Shown here one piece after another: positions 23,118 to 31,960 of a DNA stretch of 32,000 bases. The DNA comes from Faecalibaculum rodentium. GTDB lineage: Bacteria > Bacillota_I > Bacilli_A > Erysipelotrichales > Erysipelotrichaceae. The notes under the pieces were generated by a model, which saw nothing but the letters and a program-made list of their open reading frames with translations, was not told the origin of the DNA and made no database searches. The DNA is taken from contig NZ_CP011391.1 in NCBI RefSeq assembly GCF_001564455.1, positions 1,470,001 to 1,502,000 on the forward strand. The letters are read 5' to 3'. Each line of letters opens with the position of its first letter. The first letter of the stretch is position 1. Position numbers and translations under genes: made by a program.

Positions 23118-23318
23118 ATTCAGTTTCCTTTCCTGTCCTGCACTTCAGGCATAACCATTATCTGGTTCAGGCACCACTATTATCTCACCTGTTGTTGCCG
23201 ATAATAATCATAATTCATGCTATAATCCTCTATTAGTTTACACCGACAATTCCATTTATGATTACTGATACCGAAAGAGAACACAAACCTGCGCACCATG
23301 CTCCGCCCCTGTGAAGCC

Positions 23319-23350
23319 AAAAAAAAACACCCGTTGCCGGGTGCGGTGTT
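23319..23350 (-). terminator. Rho-independent terminator of infC-rpmI-rplT
   Basis: Minus strand reads CACCCG-GCAA-CGGGTG followed by T9. Confidence 0.8.
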
Positions 23351-23354
23351 CTGC

Positions 23355-23717
23355 TTACGCCTTTTCCAGAGCAGCCTTTGCCTCGTCGCAGACCTTCGTG
23401 AAGCCTTCTGCGTCGTGGATGGCCATTTCGGACAGCATCTTGCGGTTGATCTGGATGTCAGCCAGCTTCAGACCGTGCATCAGCTTGTTGTAGCTCATGT
23501 CGTTCATGCGGGCTGCAGCGTTGATACGCGCGATCCAGATTTTGCGCATGTTGCCCTTGAGCTTGCGACGGTCATTGTATGCATACTTGAAAGAATGCAT
23601 GACCTGCTCATTGGCAGTTTTGTACAGTGTGTGCTTAGAGCCGAAGTAGCCTTTGGCCAGCTTCAGGACTCTTTTTCTTCTTCTGCGGGATACAGTTCCG
23701 CCTTTTACTCGTGCCAT
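23355..23717 (-). CDS. rplT: 50S ribosomal protein L20
   Basis: [29 protein letters not shown]...IARINAAAR... is unmistakably L20. Confidence 0.97.
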   Translation of the reverse strand: MARVKGGTVSRRRRKRVLKLAKGYFGSKHTLYKTANEQVMHSFKYAYNDRRKLKGNMRKIWIARINAAARMNDMSYNKLMHGLKLADIQINRKMLSEMAIHDAEGFTKVCDEAKAALEKA

Positions 23718-23735
23718 TTATAGTTCCTCCCTTGC

Positions 23736-23930
23736 TTATTTCACCAGCAGCGACTTGATGCGCTTGTAATCCGTCGGGTTTACCAGACCGCTCTTGGCCA
23801 GGTGACGGCGCTGTTTCTTGGTCTTGCCGTGGAAACGGTGGGATGTGTATGCGTGGTGACGCTTCAGTTTGCCGGACCCGGTCTTTTTGACCCGCTTGTT
23901 CAGTCCGCGGTGGCTCTTCATCTTAGGCAT
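23736..23930 (-). CDS. rpmI: 50S ribosomal protein L35
   Basis: [42 protein letters not shown]. Confidence 0.95.
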   Translation of the reverse strand: MPKMKSHRGLNKRVKKTGSGKLKRHHAYTSHRFHGKTKKQRRHLAKSGLVNPTDYKRIKSLLVK

Positions 23931-24510
23931 TGTCAGTTCCTCCTTGCTTATCCGTTGTTTTTTTCTTCTTGGGCGCCAGGATCAGGGACATGGTGTTCCC
24001 CTCCATGGACGGACGCTTCTCGATCAGATACCCGATCTCTTCATCCTTCGCCAGTTCATCCAGGAACTGGTTCATGATCTGCCGTCCAACCTCCTGACGT
24101 GTCATCATCCGGCCACGGAACCGCATATCAACCTTGACCTTCATGCCCGATCCCAGCCATTTTTTCGCCTGCTTCACCTTGGTTTCAAAGTCATGGGTGT
24201 CCACGACCGGAGACAGACGGAGAGCTTTCAGTTCGACAGTGTGCTGCTTGCGTTTTGACTCTTTGGCTTTTTTCTGCTGTTCGAAGTGATAGCGTCCGTA
24301 ATCGAGGACCTTGCAGACCGCCGGACGCGCCTTCGGGGCAACGCACAGCAGATCCAGGTTCTGGCGGTAGGCGATTTCCAGCGCCTCCCTGCGGGGCATG
24401 ACCCCCAGCTGATTTCCATCTGCGTCGATTACGAGTACTTCTCTGAAGGGAATCTTTTCATTGAACATGTCAGTGTTGACATTGTTCGGGGCAACTCTTC
24501 TGTTATTGAT
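23923..24510 (-). CDS. infC: Translation initiation factor IF-3 (start codon uncertain, probably non-canonical)
   Basis: [66 protein letters not shown]...[18 protein letters not shown]. The only SD-like sequence (GAAAGGCAGG) precedes an ATC at 24510; the first ATG (24468) has no SD. The track start at 24597 lies inside the leader. Confidence 0.9.
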   Translation of the reverse strand: MNNRRVAPNNVNTDMFNEKIPFREVLVIDADGNQLGVMPRREALEIAYRQNLDLLCVAPKARPAVCKVLDYGRYHFEQQKKAKESKRKQHTVELKALRLSPVVDTHDFETKVKQAKKWLGSGMKVKVDMRFRGRMMTRQEVGRQIMNQFLDELAKDEEIGYLIEKRPSMEGNTMSLILAPKKKKTTDKQGGTDNA

Positions 24511-24530
24511 ATCCGATACCTGCCTTTCGT

Positions 24531-24558
24531 TAAAAAAAACGGGCACACGAAGGCACCC
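24531..24558 (-). terminator. Leader attenuator/terminator upstream of infC (L20-leader-type control region spans ~24511-24700)
   Basis: Minus strand reads GGGUGC-CUUCGU-GUGCCC followed by G+U8, ending about 12 nt before the infC SD. The stem uses two G.U pairs, so it forms only in the minus-strand RNA. Confidence 0.5.
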
Positions 24559-24809
24559 TGTTAACTGCAAAATCACATTGATCTGGCATTGACCCATGCG
24601 CCTAACGCATCAGGTGAGAAGGGGTGCTTCTGTCTTTCCATTTCTTTACCTGTCAAGAATACCAGAAACCCACCACATCTGTAAACCTGAAAACACCGGT
24701 TTGTGCAAAAACTTTGGCTGATGAATTGCCAACGCAGCCGCTGCCCCAGGCCATCCTTCATGAAACCATACACCTGGGACTGTCCGGGGCGCGTCTGGCA
24801 CGGCCATGG

Positions 24810-26564
24810 TCATCCCATGTCTGTGTCAGTGGCAGCCCCCATGATCCGGGCCACCAGCTGTGTACGCCGAAAGGGCATCATGATGTACCAGCCGTCACAA
24901 TACGCATCCACTGCCCGCATCACATCCAGACTCAGCCTGAGCGCCAGGTCCTCGGATTCTTCACGATTCAGGCCCGCATACAGCCCGGGGATCCGCTCAT
25001 CCAGCTCGATGCCCGACACTTCGTTTTGCAGGTACAGAGCGTTGCGTTCGCTCACCACCGGGAATATCCCTGCCAGGATCCGGCAGTCCAGTTCCTCATG
25101 CGCCCGCTTCAGGTTTTCCAGTCCCCGTTCAGACAGCACCGGCTGTGTCAGCAGCACCTGCACCCCATTGGCGATTTTCTCCTTCGCCAGCCGCAGCTGG
25201 ATGTCGAAATTCCGGGCATTCACATTCAGTGCCCCCATCACGCACATCGGCGTCTGCAGGACGGTTTCGTTCAGGACCTGAATGTATGCAGCCAGGCGCC
25301 GGGAGTTGAAATTGTACACCTGGCGTACCTCGCTGCGGTCTTCCTCGCACACCGGATCCCCCGTCACCACCAGACACTGATGGACCCCGAAGGCCGACAG
25401 TCCTGTCACCAGGCTGCGGATCGCGTTGCGGTTCTTGTCGCGGCACGCAATGTGCGGCAGCATGAGCATGTCTTCCTGACTTGCGGCCAGGGCCGACAGC
25501 ATGCACGAATCCGCCCTGGGTCTTCCGACGGGGTTGTCCGATACCGTGATCACATCCGCTCCGGCGTTTTTCAGGCGCTTGACAGCCGCCAGCCACGGCA
25601 GGACATCATCCGTGGCAGGGGGATCGGCTTCCACAAATATCGGTTTGCTCTCTCTTTCAAACAGCGCCATGAGGGCGTTGTCCGGACAGCGCTTCACAAA
25701 GCCGGCATCCTTCTCCGGTTCCGGCAGATCATCCTGCTGCCAGTCCGCCTGGTCCAGAGACCGCGACAGGGCCTGAATGTGCTCCGGTGTGGTGCCACAG
25801 CAGCCACCCACAGAAATGCCCCTGGCATAAAGCGGGGCAAGGACCTGAGCAAAGTAGTCCGGCTGAGCCGTGAAGGTCATCCGGTGGCCGGTCACCGACG
25901 GGCTCCCTGCATTGGGCCGCACCACCAGAGGCCTGTCCCAATGCAAAGACTCCACGAGTTTCACCATCCCGGCCGGTCCCTGCAGACAGTTGAGGCCCAG
26001 GCCATCCACCAGCGGCGTGGCTTCCTCAAACAGGGGCTGCACTTCCAGACCCGCCCGGGTGAGCCCATCTGCTTCCACCGCGAAGCTGACAACGATCTGC
26101 GCCCCAGGAACCGTCTCGCGGATCCGGTCAATCGCCGGACGAAGCGGAGCCAACTCGGCCTGTGTCTCGAACAGGAACCGGTTTACACCGCACGCCGCAA
26201 AGGCATCCACCAGTGACAGCATCCGTTCCGGATGCCCCGGATCCGCCGGACCCAGACTCGCATAGAGCGGCACCGTGCATCCTGCTTCTGCCATGGCCAC
26301 CCGCGCATTGTTCACCGCCGCCGATACCAGGGGCAGGGTCATTTCAGACTCCACCAGCGGCAGGGCAAAGGTATTTGTCAACAGGCACTGTGCGCCCGCC
26401 TCCAGGTATCTGCCATGAATCGAGCGGATCGCCTCCGGGTTCGTGGCATTCGCCGCCTCCACCAGATCACTCGACATCCCTGTTGACTGTGCATACAGCG
26501 TACCCATTGCCCCGTCAAACAGCCGCGGCAGTTCTTGTGCCATTTGTTCCTTATATATATCCAT
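24810..26564 (-). CDS. Bifunctional homocysteine S-methyltransferase / 5,10-methylenetetrahydrofolate reductase (YitJ-type fusion)
   Basis: The N-terminal HMT domain (LFDGAMGT...GGCCGTTPEHI) is fused to an MTHFR domain (FVEADPP...LPHIACRDKNRNA...CLVVTGDP...). RBS AAAGGA is 7 nt upstream. Confidence 0.9.
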   Translation of the reverse strand: MDIYKEQMAQELPRLFDGAMGTLYAQSTGMSSDLVEAANATNPEAIRSIHGRYLEAGAQCLLTNTFALPLVESEMTLPLVSAAVNNARVAMAEAGCTVPLYASLGPADPGHPERMLSLVDAFAACGVNRFLFETQAELAPLRPAIDRIRETVPGAQIVVSFAVEADGLTRAGLEVQPLFEEATPLVDGLGLNCLQGPAGMVKLVESLHWDRPLVVRPNAGSPSVTGHRMTFTAQPDYFAQVLAPLYARGISVGGCCGTTPEHIQALSRSLDQADWQQDDLPEPEKDAGFVKRCPDNALMALFERESKPIFVEADPPATDDVLPWLAAVKRLKNAGADVITVSDNPVGRPRADSCMLSALAASQEDMLMLPHIACRDKNRNAIRSLVTGLSAFGVHQCLVVTGDPVCEEDRSEVRQVYNFNSRRLAAYIQVLNETVLQTPMCVMGALNVNARNFDIQLRLAKEKIANGVQVLLTQPVLSERGLENLKRAHEELDCRILAGIFPVVSERNALYLQNEVSGIELDERIPGLYAGLNREESEDLALRLSLDVMRAVDAYCDGWYIMMPFRRTQLVARIMGAATDTDMG

Positions 26565-26719
26565 GATCGATTCCTTTCCCGTTTCCCTCCTGCCGATGCT
26601 GGCATCCCCTCCGGCTGACCAGCCCTGCTCAAGGCAGGTATGGTCAGCTGCAGGGTGCGGATGGTCGAACGCCTTCCGGTTCTTCTCTGTCTGCGAATGA
26701 TGTCAGGATGTGGCTGGAT

Positions 26720-29122
26720 TCACCCTTTGTCCTGATCACCGGCGAACACTTCCCTCGCCGCTGCGCAGTCCGCCATGGCGTCTTCGCAATAATACTCCGC
26801 GCCAATGCTCCGGGCGTATTCGGGCGTCACCACTGCCCCGCCCACCATGATCTTCGGGGGATTGTCCAGGGCTTTGAGCCGCTTCACCGTTTCTTCCATG
26901 GCCGGCAGCGTGGTGGTCATCAATGCGGAGAGTCCGACCAGGCGGATGTCCTGTTCCAGGACCGTGTCCACAATGACCTGCGGATCCACATCCCTTCCCA
27001 GGTCCAGCACCTGATAGCCATAGGTTTCGAGGATTGTCGAAGCGATGTTTTTCCCGATATCGTGGATGTCCCCCTTCACCGTGGCCATGACGATCTTGTG
27101 ACCGGAACCGGCTTCCTGTCCCAGTCCGGCATTTTTTGCCTTGATTTTGGCGAATACCGCCTGGGCAGCCCCGGCCGCCTGGAGCAGCTGGGGCAGGAAG
27201 ATGCGCTGCGCCTCATAGTCCTTCCCCACTTTGTCCAGCGCCGGAATGAGTTCCCGTTCCGTCAGTTCCAGCGAATCATGTGTCTGCAGATAGTCTCTGG
27301 CCAGTTCGGCCGCTGTTTCCTTCAGCCCTTTCCGGATTGCCTGCGAGAGCGGGCTGCCATCCGTCAGATCCGCCGCTTCCGGTGTTTTTTCTTTGGATAC
27401 AGCCTGCCCCGTTTCATGGGGACTTGCCGCGATGAAGTGTTCGGCGTTTTCGTCCTGCCCGCTCAGGACCAGGAAGGCATCCAGGGCGTTGCGGATCGGT
27501 GCCGAATTCACATTCACGATCGGCAGCCGCAGTCCCGCCGTCATGGCCATGGTCAGGAAGGTACTGGTCAAAAGCGGCCTGTCGGGGAGTCCGAAGGAAA
27601 TGTTGGACACACCCAGCGTGGTCTGGATCCCCCGTTCACCCAGGACCCGGATGGCGTTGAGGGTCTCCATGGCCTGTTCCTGCTGGGCGGACACGGTCAG
27701 GGACAGGCAGTCGATCCACACGTCTTTTTCGCTGATGCCCATGTCACGACAGGCATCGAGGATCTTCTGTGCATTCTCCAGCCGCTTTTGTGCCGACTGG
27801 GGGATCCCCTCTTCGTCCAGCGCCAGTCCCACCACTGCCGCGCCATAGCGTTTGACCAGCGGCAGTACTGCCGCCAGTTTTTCCGCTTCTGCTGAAACAG
27901 AGTTGACCGACGGCTTTCCGTTGTAGACACGCAGGGCCGCCTCCAGCGCCCGGGGGTTGCTGGAGTCCAGCTGCAGGGGGACATCCACCACACTCTGGAT
28001 GCGTTTGACGGCCTCCGGCAGGAGTGTCACTTCGTCGATCCCGGGTGCCCCGACATTGAGGTCGAGAATGGCAGCCCCGGCCTCCACCTGTTCCAGTGCC
28101 TGGGACACAAGATAGCCGAAATCCCGGTCTTTGAGTGCCTGCTGGAAGCGTTTTTTGCCCGTGGGATTGAGGCGCTCACCAATGGGTCGCACGCCGTCCA
28201 CCGTTACACCCTGCAGGGCCGAGCAGACAAAGCTCTTTTCCTCATACGGAATGCGGGACACATCGATCCCCTGGCCGATGACGGCAGACAGGGCCCGGAT
28301 CGTATCGGGGGTCGTGCCGCAGCAGCCGCCGACGACTGTCACGCCGGCTTCCAGTGCCGGAAGGATGCCTTTCACAAAATCTGCATCCGCGAGCGAATAA
28401 GAGCCGTCCCGCGGATCTGGCAGTCCCGCATTGGGTTTGGCGGCTACGGGCAGATGGGTATTGGCCAGGACTTCTTTCAGCAACGGGACCAGGGTATCCG
28501 GTCCCGCGGAGCAGTTGATGCCCAGGCAGTCTGCCCCAAGTCCAGTCATGGTTCGCGCGAAGATCTCCGGTGTGGTGCCTGTAAAGGTGCGCCCGTCTTC
28601 CTGGAAGGTCATGGAGACCAGAACGGGCAGATCGGAGTGTTCCTTCGCCGCAAGCAGGGCGGCTTTCGTTTCATAGAGATCGGCCATGGTTTCGATCACG
28701 ATCAGGTCTGCGTTCTTTCCCGCTTTTACCACCGCCGCAAATCTCTCATATGCCTCTTCAAAGGACAGAGTTCCCAGGGGTTCGAGAAGCTGTCCCAAAG
28801 GGCCAATGTCCAGGGCACAGAGGCAGTCCGGGGCGGCTATGCGCACATTGCGGATCGCCGCCTGAATGACGTCTTCCAGGGAATAGCCGGTACCGGCAAG
28901 TTTGTCGGGATTGGCTCCGAAGGTGTTGGCATAGACAATGTCGCTCCCTGCCCTGGCGTAGTCGCGGTGCACCGACTGAACCAGGTCCGGGTCGGTGATG
29001 TTCAACAGTTCGGGAATGGTCCCGGGTTTCATGCCCCGTTTCTGCAGCATGGTGCCCATGGAACCGTCGAGGATCACAAAGGGTTTGTCCTTCTGGTGGA
29101 AGAGATCGGGTTTATTTGACAC
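26720..29122 (-). CDS. metH: Cobalamin-dependent methionine synthase, short form lacking the C-terminal activation domain
   Basis: The Hcy-binding domain (ILDGSMGTML...GGCCGTTPDTI), pterin-binding domain (LDLNVGAPGIDE...LQLDSSNP) and B12-binding domain (GDIHDIGKN = DxHxxG; ...SALMTTT) are present. It ends right after the B12 domain. Start set to the GTG at 29122 (RBS AAAGGA), overlapping the upstream stop by 11 nt; the track start at 29206 lies inside the upstream gene. Confidence 0.92.
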   Translation of the reverse strand: MSNKPDLFHQKDKPFVILDGSMGTMLQKRGMKPGTIPELLNITDPDLVQSVHRDYARAGSDIVYANTFGANPDKLAGTGYSLEDVIQAAIRNVRIAAPDCLCALDIGPLGQLLEPLGTLSFEEAYERFAAVVKAGKNADLIVIETMADLYETKAALLAAKEHSDLPVLVSMTFQEDGRTFTGTTPEIFARTMTGLGADCLGINCSAGPDTLVPLLKEVLANTHLPVAAKPNAGLPDPRDGSYSLADADFVKGILPALEAGVTVVGGCCGTTPDTIRALSAVIGQGIDVSRIPYEEKSFVCSALQGVTVDGVRPIGERLNPTGKKRFQQALKDRDFGYLVSQALEQVEAGAAILDLNVGAPGIDEVTLLPEAVKRIQSVVDVPLQLDSSNPRALEAALRVYNGKPSVNSVSAEAEKLAAVLPLVKRYGAAVVGLALDEEGIPQSAQKRLENAQKILDACRDMGISEKDVWIDCLSLTVSAQQEQAMETLNAIRVLGERGIQTTLGVSNISFGLPDRPLLTSTFLTMAMTAGLRLPIVNVNSAPIRNALDAFLVLSGQDENAEHFIAASPHETGQAVSKEKTPEAADLTDGSPLSQAIRKGLKETAAELARDYLQTHDSLELTERELIPALDKVGKDYEAQRIFLPQLLQAAGAAQAVFAKIKAKNAGLGQEAGSGHKIVMATVKGDIHDIGKNIASTILETYGYQVLDLGRDVDPQVIVDTVLEQDIRLVGLSALMTTTLPAMEETVKRLKALDNPPKIMVGGAVVTPEYARSIGAEYYCEDAMADCAAAREVFAGDQDKG

Positions 29123-29753
29123 AGGTTTGTCCTTTCTTTGCGAGGGCGCAGGGATAGAGGTCGCAGACGCCACAGCCGCGGATGGTCTGGGGCTGCGGAG
29201 AGTCAAAGACCCCGGCGAGGGCCGTGATGGATTTTTCGGGCACCATGAGCAGTGTGTCCATGAGGTGCAGACCGAGTCTGGCGGTCAGGTTCAGTTCCCG
29301 GAAGAGCACAGTCTGGTATGACAGGGGCAGGTCGCCGTAGCCCGGGGAAAAGCGGTCAGAGAGGTAACATCCCAGTTCCCGGCCGATGGTGGCCTGGACT
29401 TCGTCCAGTCTGGCATCCACAAAGGCTGCCCCAGCCGCATTGAGAAACAGGGAGCGGGTCATGTCTGTCACAGCCAGACGGCGGACATCCCGGTCAAAGG
29501 CCGGTCCCAGGGTGATGGCCATGAGGACCACCGAAGAAGCTCCCTTTATATAGGAGGCAGCCATATCGCTGGGAAGTGGTTCCCCAAAAAGAAGAGGACT
29601 GTTTCCGTCCCAGTCCAGGGGGACCTGTTTCCATACAAAGCGCGGCGGGTACTTCTTTGCCACCTCGGAAAGGATGGAAGCCATGAGAGTCCGGGACTCC
29701 GTATCCTTTGAATCGATGCCTGCATAGGCGCAGGCAGTTTCAAACACTTTCAT
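29112..29753 (-). CDS. Stand-alone vitamin-B12-dependent methionine synthase activation-domain protein
   Basis: About 213 aa, with SDRFSPGYGDLPL and LTARLGLHLMDTLLMVPEKS blocks characteristic of the Met_synt_B12 activation region. It sits directly upstream of, and overlaps, the short metH. The start ATG at 29753 (MKVFE...) is preferred over the TTG at 29828. Confidence 0.75.
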   Translation of the reverse strand: MKVFETACAYAGIDSKDTESRTLMASILSEVAKKYPPRFVWKQVPLDWDGNSPLLFGEPLPSDMAASYIKGASSVVLMAITLGPAFDRDVRRLAVTDMTRSLFLNAAGAAFVDARLDEVQATIGRELGCYLSDRFSPGYGDLPLSYQTVLFRELNLTARLGLHLMDTLLMVPEKSITALAGVFDSPQPQTIRGCGVCDLYPCALAKKGQTCVK

Positions 29754-29847
29754 AATATTTTCATTATACTTGCAACGGAGAAATGGGCCAGTAAAATTCC
29801 GGGCTTTGTGAGTGGAAATCTCATCCAATGAACTCTATACTAAAGTC

Positions 29848-30228
29848 ATGAAGAACAACAAAAACAGGCGAAATTCAATTTATGACCCGATGAATGCCCG
29901 GGATGTGGAACAGCTTTCCAAAATTATCATCTTTCGTGAACTCGACCTCTTCGACGTCCATGACCTTGTCTCCATAGACAAATACGAGAATGGTGCCCTG
30001 CTGGAGCGGTTTCCCACCCTCGAAAACTGTTTCTGTCTTGTGCGGGATGGCCGCCTGATCTGTGTCCTGGGCTGTTACCTCATAGAGGATACGGTGGGTG
30101 AATACCCGGAAATGGTGGTGAATGTGTTTTCCGCCAAAGGGCTCCAGGATGCGGAAATCGCAGACTCTGCCCTGATCTGGGACAAGGGGATGGAGTTTAG
30201 GGCTGTAAACAGTAACATCCAGGCATGA
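29848..30228 (+). CDS. Hypothetical protein
   Basis: The plus ORF has protein-like composition (..LSKIIIFRELDLFDVHDLVSIDKYENGALLERFPTLENCFCLVRDGRLICVLG...). The antisense 60-aa ORF is Ser-rich and less plausible. The start is ambiguous (29812, 29848 or 29890). No family recognised. Confidence 0.45.
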   Translation: MKNNKNRRNSIYDPMNARDVEQLSKIIIFRELDLFDVHDLVSIDKYENGALLERFPTLENCFCLVRDGRLICVLGCYLIEDTVGEYPEMVVNVFSAKGLQDAEIADSALIWDKGMEFRAVNSNIQA

Positions 30229-30303
30229 ATGTAAGCGTTTGAGTAGAACACTTTCATTTCGTATGGTAAGCTTTAGCCATCTCCTTCTAGACCATACATG
30301 AGC

Positions 30304-30330
30304 AGGGCCGGCATTGCCGGTCCTGTTTGT
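30304..30330 (+). terminator. Terminator of the hypothetical plus-strand gene
   Basis: AGGGCCGGCA/TGCCGGTCCT stem followed by GTTTGT. Confidence 0.5.
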
Positions 30331-30344
30331 GGGTGATGATGACG

Positions 30345-30372
30345 AAAGCCCCGTTCAGCTGAGCGGGGCTTT
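30345..30372 (-). terminator. Terminator of the sortase-pilin transcription unit
   Basis: Minus strand reads AAAGCCCCG-ctcagctgaa-CGGGGCTTT. It begins 6 nt after the pilin stop. Confidence 0.55.
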
Positions 30373-30377
30373 GCGCG

Positions 30378-31106
30378 TTACCGGCTTTCCTTGCGCAGGT
30401 TGAAAAGGAGAAGAACGATGAACACAAGTGACAGCAGGAGCAGTCCTGCATACTGCATCCAGCCTGTTTCTGTGGAAGTGGGCGTCTTTCCCGGTTTCTG
30501 CGGTGTCTTATCCTTGGGAGGAGTGACCGGCAGTTTCTTCGGGTCCGACTTCGGCGTGGCAAACACGTCGTATTCATACACAGGGATCTCGCTGCCATTT
30601 TCATATATGGCTCTTGGCAGCGAGATTAGGAAAGGAGGCATGGCTTCATACCCCGGAGCTGCCTCCGGCTGGGTCACCAGCCACAGACCCAGAGAAATGT
30701 CATGATCAGCTGTGGAGAAATCCGCGATCCCGGTTTCGGGAACCTGTTCGGATTCACCAGCATACTTCTGTTTCTGTGCATACTCCATCAGTTCCCGGGA
30801 CAGTTCGTGATTGACATCCAGATCATGATTGGCAAGCTGTTCATTCAGCCGCTCATTCGTGACAATCCCTGCGAACTCGGGTACCGCTTCAAACTCGTAG
30901 CCGGACGCCGTCTGTACGATATTTGCGACCTTATATATAGTGATCGTACCGCCAGGGACAGGCTCGCCTTTTGGCGTGTGGACCTCAAACCTCAGAGAAG
31001 CGGGATGATCCAGATCTATATAGTCCAGCTGTTCGGCCTGGACAGGCAGTCCCATACACAACAGCAATGCTGCCAGGCAGGCTGCCAGTTTACGAATCAC
31101 TTTCAT
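30378..31106 (-). CDS. Small sortase-dependent pilin-like surface protein (single CnaB/prealbumin-type domain; minor/basal pilin candidate)
   Basis: It has a signal peptide (MKVIRKLAACLAALLLCMGLPVQA), GGTITIYKVANIV, and an E-box-like LWLVTQPEAAPGYEAMPPFLISLP. A Pro/Lys/Thr-rich stalk follows, then STETG, a hydrophobic helix and an RKESR tail. It overlaps the sortase gene by 17 nt. Confidence 0.7.
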   Translation of the reverse strand: MKVIRKLAACLAALLLCMGLPVQAEQLDYIDLDHPASLRFEVHTPKGEPVPGGTITIYKVANIVQTASGYEFEAVPEFAGIVTNERLNEQLANHDLDVNHELSRELMEYAQKQKYAGESEQVPETGIADFSTADHDISLGLWLVTQPEAAPGYEAMPPFLISLPRAIYENGSEIPVYEYDVFATPKSDPKKLPVTPPKDKTPQKPGKTPTSTETGWMQYAGLLLLSLVFIVLLLFNLRKESR

Positions 31107-31938
31107 CAGGTTCTCCTTTCGATTTAGGCTTCCTAGTTTTTAACATAAGACAGAGGAACAAGAATATCAGTATTGGAATGGCAACACACATTGCCACGAC
31201 CTTCGTATCGATCTGGCCGGCATCCGAAGCGGCTTCCCACTCCTTCAGGTTTTCCACACGGTGTCCCGTAATCAGAATCCGGTGAGTATTGATTCCATAG
31301 GGGGTACAAGTTACAAGTGTCAGCAGATCCTTTTCCGGATCGATGGCAAGTCCTTCAATTTCCTTCGGCTCGACAATACGGATTGTATCCACCTGATACG
31401 TCAGAGTTTCATTCAGCACCTTCAGGATCACATAGTCATCTTCCACAACCTTGTCCAGGTCCGTGAACAGCAGAGCTGATGGAAGTCCACGGTGACCGGT
31501 AATGACGGTATGGGTTCCAAGGCCACCTACCGGAAGAGAAGACCCTTCCAGATGACCAGCACCCACAGCCAGGACTTCCTCGGAAGTACCATGATAGATG
31601 GGAAGCGAGATATCCACAGAAGGAACAGTGATAGATCCCATGATGTCCGAACCACCAACGGACAGCTGTTTTTCATATTCTGCGTGTTCAGAATCAGTGG
31701 GATTGAATCTGTCATTGCTTTTTATCAGAGAATCGTTATATAGCTTTGCATTTGAAATTAACTCATCATATTTATGAGGAGCAAGGTTTTCTACTACATT
31801 TGAGTAATCATTTATTACTCGACTTCCTAGCTGAGTATTCCACCAGTTTGCCACTGTCGGATAGGCCAGCAATCCAAGACCCACCACAAATACGATGACA
31901 ATGACAATCGTAGATAAGTGTTTTCTTATAAACTTCAA
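31090..31938 (-). CDS. srtC: Class C (pilus-assembly) sortase
   Basis: It has an N-terminal TM helix, ITGHRGLP, the catalytic TLVTCTPYGINTHRILITG motif, and the C-terminal TM anchor typical of class C. It starts with TTG and has the RBS AAAGGGA. Confidence 0.92.
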   Translation of the reverse strand: MKFIRKHLSTIVIVIVFVVGLGLLAYPTVANWWNTQLGSRVINDYSNVVENLAPHKYDELISNAKLYNDSLIKSNDRFNPTDSEHAEYEKQLSVGGSDIMGSITVPSVDISLPIYHGTSEEVLAVGAGHLEGSSLPVGGLGTHTVITGHRGLPSALLFTDLDKVVEDDYVILKVLNETLTYQVDTIRIVEPKEIEGLAIDPEKDLLTLVTCTPYGINTHRILITGHRVENLKEWEAASDAGQIDTKVVAMCVAIPILIFLFLCLMLKTRKPKSKGEPDESDS

Positions 31939-31960
31939 GTCATCATCCCTTTCAGCAAAG

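Noticed and set aside
22116-23154. Track ORFs 22116..22412(-), 22596..22865(-) and 22879..23154(+)
   Set aside because: They have Ser/Arg/Cys-rich shadow-like compositions and no RBS. They overlap the more plausible plus ORF (22378-22755) or the two coupled minus-strand mini-ORFs.
24624-26216. 530-aa plus-strand ORF
   Set aside because: It is antisense to the HMT-MTHFR fusion gene and has no motifs.
26708-27895. 395-aa plus-strand ORF
   Set aside because: It is antisense to metH.
29754-30300. Searched for a SAM-I (S-box), cobalamin or T-box leader upstream of the methionine-synthase operon
   Set aside because: None of the conserved strings appears on the minus strand (GAGGGA...GGCCC...GCAACC for the S-box, the B12 box, or the T-box GGGTGGNACCGCG). 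The space is occupied by a plausible divergent protein-coding gene.
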